From: an uncultured bacterium
GTDB taxonomy: Bacteria; Babelota; Babeliae; Babelales; Babelaceae
DNA: 64,000 bases
Assembly: GCA_963717435.1 (NCBI GenBank)
Contig: OY970332.1
Location: forward strand, 928,001-992,000
Direction: 5' to 3'
This document shows positions 57,371-64,000 of the stretch, piece by piece. Each line of letters starts with the position of its first letter. Positions within the stretch are counted from its first letter, which is position 1. Under the pieces are notes generated by a model, which was not told the DNA's origin, ran no database searches, and saw only the letters and a program-made list of their open reading frames with translations. A program made the translations under genes and the position numbers.

Positions 57371-58675
57371 ATGTTTAGGTTCAAAAAGTTTATATATTGG
57401 GGTTTTATTATAATAACCTGTTTAAATTGTGGGGCTATTGGTTCGGGCAACCCAGCTGATAAGCTGGCAGATTGGACGCTTTTTGTTTATATGGAGTCAG
57501 ATAAAGAACTTAATGACGCCGCTATCAAAAATATTACCGATATGGCACGCTCTGGGGTTCCAGGTAACATAAATGTTGTTATTCAGCTCCATGTTTGGCA
57601 AGAAACAGCCTGGCGATACGTCGTTTCAGGTTCAAGTATTATTTTGGACTCAAGTGTTGAATTGACCCTTGATCCAGAACAAGATTTAATAAATGGCCTA
57701 ACTTGGGCATTTACTAAGTTCCCATCCCAAAAAATAATGACAGTGTTGTGGAACCACGGATTTGGGATTTTGGACCCAGTTTGGTCGGAGCATCAAGAGA
57801 GCTGGGTGCCCGAAAATATTCAGGATGTGCAGGTAACAAGATCAAGATTAGTAACGGATATGATTGAGCATAAGAATCACAGGGGAGTTCTTTTTTATCC
57901 ATTTAACAAAGTTTTTCTAACCAATTCCGGAATGGTTAACGCTTTTAACAAAATAAAAAACACAGTTCTTGGCGGCAGAAAAATCGATATTATTAGCGCG
58001 GACGCATGCAAAATGGCAATGATCGAGATAGCTTATCAACTTTCAGAATTTGGTGATTATCTTATAGGTTCCCAAGATTGCGAACTTAAAGATGGCTGTG
58101 ATTATTTTTCTTTGATAAATAATCTATCAAAAAATCTGTCGCCGAAAGATATAGCCATTAATATCGTACGTGATTATGAAACTTACTATAAACCCAGAGC
58201 GGCCTGCGGCAGATATACGCAATCTGCTATAGATTTAAATAATATTAATAACTTAATAATTAGTCTGGATGATTTTATAAAAACAGCCCAAGAAATTTAC
58301 GAAGCAGAAAACTTAGAAATTAAAAAAGATATTTTTGAAATAATAAATAGTTCCCGCAAAGTTATGCCAGAATTTTGCAAAATGCCATCTTACATTGATA
58401 TTACAAGTTATTTTAATAGCTTAAAAGAAGAACTGAGCTTCGCCAATTCTGATAAAAAATTTGATAAGCTTATAAGCACAATTGATAATTTAGTTTTGGC
58501 TGTCAATAAATCTGTGGTTGCCAACACTAGAGGTTTTAAATCTGCGCATGCTCAGGGACTTTCAATTTATTACCCATACGACTATTCTGATTGTTCTTAT
58601 ATAGAGTGTTTGTTTGCAAAAAATAGCGCATGGCTAAGTTTTTTAAGGACTTTTGCAACTAATCAAGCTTTTTAA
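57371..58675 (+). CDS. Clostripain-family (C11) cysteine peptidase
   Basis: WTLFVYMESD, LWNHGFG, DACKM and GLSIYYP. Confidence 0.85.
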   Translation: MFRFKKFIYWGFIIITCLNCGAIGSGNPADKLADWTLFVYMESDKELNDAAIKNITDMARSGVPGNINVVIQLHVWQETAWRYVVSGSSIILDSSVELTLDPEQDLINGLTWAFTKFPSQKIMTVLWNHGFGILDPVWSEHQESWVPENIQDVQVTRSRLVTDMIEHKNHRGVLFYPFNKVFLTNSGMVNAFNKIKNTVLGGRKIDIISADACKMAMIEIAYQLSEFGDYLIGSQDCELKDGCDYFSLINNLSKNLSPKDIAINIVRDYETYYKPRAACGRYTQSAIDLNNINNLIISLDDFIKTAQEIYEAENLEIKKDIFEIINSSRKVMPEFCKMPSYIDITSYFNSLKEELSFANSDKKFDKLISTIDNLVLAVNKSVVANTRGFKSAHAQGLSIYYPYDYSDCSYIECLFAKNSAWLSFLRTFATNQAF

Positions 58676-58931
58676 ATCTGGTAACTTTCTGCCCGTTATC
58701 TTCAACAAGTTCCAAGAACATTTCAGCAGGTCTTGCCCACAAAGTTCCAGCTGGTAATTTCTTATTTGTTCCACGAATTTCAGATTCATAAAGTTGCTTA
58801 TAAATAACCAATTCTTGTTCAGGATTTTCGCTATACAGAGCTGTGCCTATAACTTCGTATTGGTTTTTTGTTCTATAGTGCTCGTAGATTCCAGGTTGAA
58901 CTGTTTGCTTTGTTGCTTTTTCTTTGTGCAT
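58659..58931 (-). CDS. DUF1653 family protein
   Basis: GIYEHYR...YEVIG...VIYKQLY...WARPAEMF...RF. Confidence 0.85.
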   Translation of the reverse strand: MHKEKATKQTVQPGIYEHYRTKNQYEVIGTALYSENPEQELVIYKQLYESEIRGTNKKLPAGTLWARPAEMFLELVEDNGQKVTRFKKLD

Positions 58932-58946
58932 AATAGGCTCTTCGGT

Positions 58947-59762
58947 TTAATTTTTATCAACTAAATAAAATTCTTCTTCGCTTTGTTTTTTAACTCTTGT
59001 ATCTTCTAATAATTCAATATCTTTTTTTTGTACGTTAGTATTTATATCAAATTTTTTTCTTGAATAATAAGAAGTTCTTTCGGAATAATCAAAGCCAATA
59101 AATAACTTAGCTGTGTTGGTTAAATTATTAATCCCAAAAAGCCCGCCCCCGGTTTGAGGCTCGAGAGTCTTGTTCCAGCTTAAAAATAAAGTTTTTCTTG
59201 TAAGTGTACTGATTTTGTAAATTATATCGGGCTTGTTCACTCTGGATTTTACAAGTGGGTCCTGCGGCTCCGTCAGCCATATATAAATAAATACGGGGCT
59301 TGATTTGTCAGTTAATATCGTTGCGGCGCCAGTATAGTTCAAATTTGTATATGGCGAGCCTAATAGTTCTTTTGGCATTAAAAATTTATTTCCGTTAAGC
59401 AAAGAGATCCACAGGTTCGTGCTGCTTTTGTTTACGAACTCAAAAGAAATTAATTTATTATTAATATCTTCTAAGTTTGTTGTCCATGACCCGACAGTTG
59501 TAATATCTTCTTCTGACCTTTTTAAATCTATGCCATTAATTAGCTGTAAAATTTGTTCTGAAAGATCTTTTTTTTCAGCTTCTTGCATTATTATGGGTGG
59601 ATTATATATTTGAGATATTGCTCTGTCTTCCCCCATGCCACAAATATAAAATTGGCAAAACAATTGCAGCAGAAATAATCTTAAAATAAACGTGAAAGTT
59701 ATTGGACAAAAAATTAGATAGTTTAAATCTGGCATCTTGTGATATTTAATTTTACTACTCAC
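58947..59762 (-). CDS. Hypothetical protein
   Basis: Long ORF with GGAGG RBS and a hydrophobic N-terminal segment; start uncertain. Confidence 0.55.
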   Translation of the reverse strand: MSSKIKYHKMPDLNYLIFCPITFTFILRLFLLQLFCQFYICGMGEDRAISQIYNPPIIMQEAEKKDLSEQILQLINGIDLKRSEEDITTVGSWTTNLEDINNKLISFEFVNKSSTNLWISLLNGNKFLMPKELLGSPYTNLNYTGAATILTDKSSPVFIYIWLTEPQDPLVKSRVNKPDIIYKISTLTRKTLFLSWNKTLEPQTGGGLFGINNLTNTAKLFIGFDYSERTSYYSRKKFDINTNVQKKDIELLEDTRVKKQSEEEFYLVDKN

Positions 59763-59875
59763 TTCTTGCCTCCTATATTAACTTGAAAAAAATATACTGA
59801 AAAACTTGCATGAGTCAATAATTTTGCTAAATTTATCTCTGTGAAATGTTAATAAAATTTTAATTAAGGTACGTA

Positions 59876-60400
59876 ATGAAAAACTTAACTTTTGAAAAAT
59901 ATATTTTTGTGGCGCTATTAAGCTTGGCTCTTATCCCTGGGTGTGGCAACAGTTCTGAAGAAAATAAATCTTGCGCAGCTTCAAGCAGTCAGGCCCAATC
60001 AAAAAAAGTGAAAGTTATTAACGTTTTGGACCCTGAACTATATAATGACGCCCATATTGACGGGTCGATAAATATAGAATTTGGTAAAGTTGCCGATACC
60101 GCAAAATCTGAAAATTGGGACAAAGATACTAAAATAGTTCTTTATTGCTCAAATTATATGTGTAGCGCAAGTGGAGAAGAGGCTAGAAAATTAAAAGAAT
60201 TAGGGTATACTGATGTTGCTGTGTATGAAGGTGGCATGGCTCAATGGTTTACTTTAAGCCAAAGTGATCCTAGCTACAAGGTTATCGGTGAGGCAAAGCA
60301 AGAGTATTTGAGCTTGCCCAACGAGAAGCCCGCACGAGCTGCTGAATCTGATATACCGGAAATCACAGCACAAGAGTTGAAAGACCTTTTGTCAAAGTAG
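59876..60400 (+). CDS. Rhodanese-domain lipoprotein
   Basis: IPGC lipobox; AHIDGSINI, IVLYC and YEGGMAQW. Confidence 0.85.
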   Translation: MKNLTFEKYIFVALLSLALIPGCGNSSEENKSCAASSSQAQSKKVKVINVLDPELYNDAHIDGSINIEFGKVADTAKSENWDKDTKIVLYCSNYMCSASGEEARKLKELGYTDVAVYEGGMAQWFTLSQSDPSYKVIGEAKQEYLSLPNEKPARAAESDIPEITAQELKDLLSK

Positions 60401-60417
60401 ATCTTATAAATTTTTAA

Positions 60418-60492
60418 GGCGGCATAGCCAAGCGGTAAGGCAGGGGTCTGCAAAACCCCCATTCCCCAGTTCGATTCTGGGTGCCGCCTCCA
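60418..60492 (+). tRNA. tRNA-Cys(GCA)
   Basis: GGCGGCA acceptor, GGGGT-CTGCAAA-ACCCC anticodon arm, encoded CCA. Confidence 0.97.
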
Positions 60493-60602
60493 TACTACGC
60501 TAAAGCTTCGTATGGCGCAGCCAGCCTACGCCAAAAAAAGAGTGTAGCCGAGCTTATATCTTGAAATATCTAAGTAGAGTAATCTTTGAATATAAATTAG
60601 TT

Positions 60603-60689
60603 GCCGAGGTGGCGAAATTGGTAGACGCAAAGGACTTAAAATCCTTCGGGGGTTTCCCTGTGCCGGTTCGAGTCCGGCCCTCGGCACCA
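60603..60689 (+). tRNA. tRNA-Leu(TAA)
   Basis: GCCGAGG acceptor, AAGGA-CTTAAAA-TCCTT anticodon arm, long variable arm, encoded CCA. Confidence 0.97.
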
Positions 60690-60936
60690 TTCATTTCCAG
60701 AGGAAATGAATGGCTGACCTGTTCTTCAACCACACTTTTTCCCCGTTTGTTAAATATTTTTCCCCCGCAAATTTAAATTGGTTCCAAAATAATTTTTTAA
60801 TAATTTTTCCAAAAGTTAAATTCAACATCAAAAAAATCTTGACATTTTTGCGCGTTCAAATAGTGTAGCATCTGTAAGGCTGTTTCGTTTCTGATTTGTA
60901 AAATGATTAAAAAATTTTAAGAAATTAAGGAAGTCT

Positions 60937-61215
60937 ATGAACAAAGCGAAATTGATTGAACAAATCTCAAAAATGTCAAAAATGCCAAAAGCACAATGTA
61001 AAAAAGCTCTTGAAGCATTCATCAAAAGTGTTGGACACTCACTAAAAACTGGTAAGTCAGTTGTTCTTACAGGGTTTGGTACATTCACAAGTATCAAAAG
61101 AAAAAGCAGAAAGGGTGTTAACCCTGCAACAGGTAAAGCAATGCAAATACCTGCTAAGAAAGTTGCTAAGTTTAAACCTGGTAAAGCGCTTCGCGATCTA
61201 GTTTCAGCTAGCTAA
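60937..61215 (+). CDS. hup: HU family DNA-binding protein
   Basis: MNKAKLI, GFGTF, GVNPATG and KFKPGKAL. Confidence 0.95.
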   Translation: MNKAKLIEQISKMSKMPKAQCKKALEAFIKSVGHSLKTGKSVVLTGFGTFTSIKRKSRKGVNPATGKAMQIPAKKVAKFKPGKALRDLVSAS

Positions 61216-61242
61216 AAACTAAGTTGATATTTAGTAAACAGG

Positions 61243-61278
61243 AATGCGCCTAACTTAATAAGTTGGGCGCATTTATTT
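61243..61278 (+). terminator. Intrinsic terminator after HU
   Basis: AATGCGCCTAACTT/AAGTTGGGCGCATT stem followed by T-rich sequence. Confidence 0.7.
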
Positions 61279-61295
61279 TGTAAAGGGGTTTTATT

Positions 61296-61664
61296 GTGGA
61301 AGCACTTAATAATTTTAAAGATTCTTTCGTTGCATACATATCTGATTATGCAAAAAATTTTTCATCAGCAAGATTATTTGTACTTTTTGGTTCTTTTATA
61401 AGCGGTCTATTATTTGGTTTTGTTCTAAATAATTATGGTAGACAGCTTTTGTTTTTAATGGCATTTCTTGGAGCGTCAGTTTTCTTGCTTAATTATTTTC
61501 ATTTTGCGACCGTTCATACAGTTGAGATTAAAGCGTTTTTTGGCATAACAGGTTCTAATTCCGTTCAAGATGTTTTTTACGTTTATGTAGATTATATAAA
61601 AAAATATATGGTTGAAAGCGTATTCTTTTTAATCGGCTTTTTGATCGGATGGAAAATAGGATGA
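61296..61664 (+). CDS. Small membrane protein (FUN14-like)
   Basis: Hydrophobic SGLLFGFVL and FLIGFLIGWKIG segments. Confidence 0.5.
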   Translation: MEALNNFKDSFVAYISDYAKNFSSARLFVLFGSFISGLLFGFVLNNYGRQLLFLMAFLGASVFLLNYFHFATVHTVEIKAFFGITGSNSVQDVFYVYVDYIKKYMVESVFFLIGFLIGWKIG

Positions 61665-62821
61665 TTAACGACTCATATGCGGTAAACGTTGTTGGAGAAA
61701 TTCTCTTAGAAGCTATCAAATTGGGCGCGTCAGATATCCACTGCGAACCAGAAGAAGCGGGGCTGAGAATCAGATTCAGAATGGATGGCGTGCTTTATGA
61801 CAAAATGGTTATAGAGTCCGATTATGGCCTGCAGGTTATTTCAAGAATAAAAGTTATGGCCAATGTCAATGTCGCTGAAAAACGTTTGCCACAAGATGGA
61901 AAACTAAGCTTACAAATTAATAGTAATTTGGTTGATCTGCGTGTTTCGACTTTTCCAACTTTGCTTGGCGAAAAAGTTGTAATTAGAATTCTAGATAGAG
62001 AGAAAAACGCTATAACGCTAGAGAGTCTTGGTTTTGAATCGGATATGCTAGAAAAATTTAATCGACTTACACAGACCTCTAACGGTTTTTTTTTAGTCAC
62101 GGGCCCCACAGGCTCTGGAAAAACGACAAGTTTATATTCAGTTCTTTCAGTATTAAATTCGCCTGAAAAAAATATAATCACACTTGAAGATCCAATAGAA
62201 TATAAAATTTCTGGAATCACACAAGGACAAATAAATACAGATATCGGCTTTACTTTTGAGCGGGGGATCCGTGCGCTTTTGCGCCAGGACCCAGATATAA
62301 TAATGGTCGGTGAAATACGGGATCGTGAAACTGCGGAAGTCGCGATTCAAGCATCTTTAACTGGCCATCTTGTTTTAAGCACTTTGCATACCAACGACGC
62401 CGTAAGCGCCGTAATGAGACTGATCGACATGGGCATAGAGTCATTTCTGGTGAAAGCTGCGCTGACTGGTGTGTTGGCACAAAGATTGGCAAGAAAGTTG
62501 TGCCAAGATTGCAAATACGAAACAAAATTAGAAGAATATGAGTTTAGTCTTTTAAAAAAGTTTAATATAATTTTAGATAGCGCGTATAAAAGTAAGGGCT
62601 GCACAAACTGTAACGGACTTGGATATAAGGGACGGGCTGGGATTTTTTCTTTATTAGAATTTACAGAAAAATTTAGATCTTTAATAAATCAAAATCCACA
62701 ATTTGAAGATTTATATCAGCAAGCATTACAAGACGGATGCAAGCCATTAGTTTATGACGCAGCATTAAAAGTTTCTAAAGGGTTGATAAGTGTCTCAGAA
62801 TTAATCAGAACGGTGCTATGA
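61661..62821 (+). CDS. GspE/PilB-family secretion/pilus ATPase (short form)
   Basis: ASDIHCEP, GPTGSGKTT, LRQDPD, GHLVLSTLH and CxxC pairs. Confidence 0.93.
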   Translation: MINDSYAVNVVGEILLEAIKLGASDIHCEPEEAGLRIRFRMDGVLYDKMVIESDYGLQVISRIKVMANVNVAEKRLPQDGKLSLQINSNLVDLRVSTFPTLLGEKVVIRILDREKNAITLESLGFESDMLEKFNRLTQTSNGFFLVTGPTGSGKTTSLYSVLSVLNSPEKNIITLEDPIEYKISGITQGQINTDIGFTFERGIRALLRQDPDIIMVGEIRDRETAEVAIQASLTGHLVLSTLHTNDAVSAVMRLIDMGIESFLVKAALTGVLAQRLARKLCQDCKYETKLEEYEFSLLKKFNIILDSAYKSKGCTNCNGLGYKGRAGIFSLLEFTEKFRSLINQNPQFEDLYQQALQDGCKPLVYDAALKVSKGLISVSELIRTVL

Positions 62822-64000
62822 AATATATTAAATTTTTTGAAGATATAAATATTCACGATATTAATCTTGTTGGTGGCAAAAATAGCTCTATAGGGGAGAT
62901 GATAAAAAATTTGTCATCTTTTGGAATTCTCGTTCCTGACGGTTTTGCAATAACTTCAGAAGCTTACTGGTACTATTTAGAATATAATAATTTGCTTGAA
63001 AAAATGCGTAATATTATGAGCAAGTTGGAAACGCCGTCTGATGTAAAAACTTTGCAGTCCGTTGGCGAACAAGTAAGAGAATTAATTTTAAAAGGTGATT
63101 TCCCAGAAGAGTTATCTTCAGAAATAGTGAAGGCTTATCATGAACTTTCAAAGCGCTATAAACAAGAAAATTGTGATGTTGCAGTAAGATCTTCCGCAAC
63201 TGCCGAAGATTTGCCCAACGCATCTTTTGCAGGACAACAAGAAACTTTTTTAAATGTTAATGGCGACATTAGTTTGCTTATAGCCGTTAAAAAGTGCCTA
63301 GCATCTTTATTCACCGATAGGGCGATAATTTATAGAATCGAAAACAAATTTGATCATTTTAAAGTTGCGCTTTCTGTTGGCATTCAAAAAATGGTTAGAT
63401 CAGATCTTGCATGCTCGGGCGTAGCATTTTCTCTTGATACTGAAACTGGATTTAAAGATGTTGTCGAAATAAGCTCGTCTTATGGACTTGGCGATTCGAT
63501 AGTGCAAGGAATCGTTAACCCAGATGAATTTTGTGTGCATAAAAAAACTTTGGAGCTTGGCTTTGAACCCATAATAAAAAAATATTTGGGTAATAAAGAA
63601 ACAAAAATTGTTTACGGCAAAACTCAAACAACTACGGTAAAAGTAGAAAAAAAAGATCAAGCAAGATTTTCTCTTAGCGATCAAGAAATTTTAGAACTAT
63701 CTAAGTTTGTTATAAGAATCGAAGATTATTACTCTAAGCTACGCGGCGCTTGGTCCCCAATGGATGTTGAATGGGCAAAAGATGGCATCGATGGTAAAAT
63801 ATATATTGTTCAGGCCCGTTCTGAAACTGTACACTCTCTTTTGCGCGTAGACAAACTTGTAAGATATCATCTGGCCCATCCAAATCAAGCCAAAGAAGTT
63901 CTTGTTACGGGCTTAAGTATCGGTCAAAAGATAGCTTATGGAAAAGTTAGAGTTATAAAATCTGCCAAAGAAATTTCTAAGTTTGAAACGGGTGATATAT
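62818..64000 (+). CDS. ppsA: Phosphoenolpyruvate synthase (runs off window end)
   Basis: Manual translation: MKYIKFF...VGGKNSSIGEM...VAVRSSATAEDLPNASFAGQQET...MDVEWAKDG...IVQARSETVH. Confidence 0.95.
   Translation, partial: MKYIKFFEDINIHDINLVGGKNSSIGEMIKNLSSFGILVPDGFAITSEAYWYYLEYNNLLEKMRNIMSKLETPSDVKTLQSVGEQVRELILKGDFPEELSSEIVKAYHELSKRYKQENCDVAVRSSATAEDLPNASFAGQQETFLNVNGDISLLIAVKKCLASLFTDRAIIYRIENKFDHFKVALSVGIQKMVRSDLACSGVAFSLDTETGFKDVVEISSSYGLGDSIVQGIVNPDEFCVHKKTLELGFEPIIKKYLGNKETKIVYGKTQTTTVKVEKKDQARFSLSDQEILELSKFVIRIEDYYSKLRGAWSPMDVEWAKDGIDGKIYIVQARSETVHSLLRVDKLVRYHLAHPNQAKEVLVTGLSIGQKIAYGKVRVIKSAKEISKFETGDI

Overview
AT-rich bacterial chromosomal window. An NTT/TLC nucleotide translocase, secreted ankyrin proteins and a signal-peptide-bearing eukaryote-type PP2C point to an intracellular parasite of eukaryotes, most likely Candidatus Dependentiae/Babelota (TM6); this is inferred from gene content, not from a search. 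The backbone is housekeeping: lon, rpsB, tRNA-Ser, SRP RNA, dnaX, der, hpf, dsbD, cca, tolQRAB, ftsH, suhB, rpmB, rpsT, mrdA, xer, nth, plsC, batA-E, lepB, tRNA-Cys, tRNA-Leu, HU, a GspE/PilB ATPase and ppsA. There are two accessory regions. (1) About 11.9-18.2 kb: lipoproteins, a DUF3800-like gene and a Sec-exported polymorphic RNase toxin with a coupled immunity gene. (2) About 33.8-37.7 kb: a Cas4-like nuclease, a membrane-anchored Mrr-type nuclease and orphan genes. In both regions, cargo sits between an intact host-gene 3' end (PP2C; mrdA) and a diverged relic copy of that same 3' end. Other notable signals: two adjacent ankyrin proteins that both end in CaaX prenylation motifs; a 7-copy covarying REP-like repeat family; hairpins that pair with the CCA end of all three tRNAs; a TrpR-like regulator with a palindrome over its own promoter; a membrane-bound pseudo-ATPase enhancer-binding-like protein broken by frameshifts; and an M23 peptidase split at an A10 tract. 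Product calls come from motif recognition by eye; no database searches were run.
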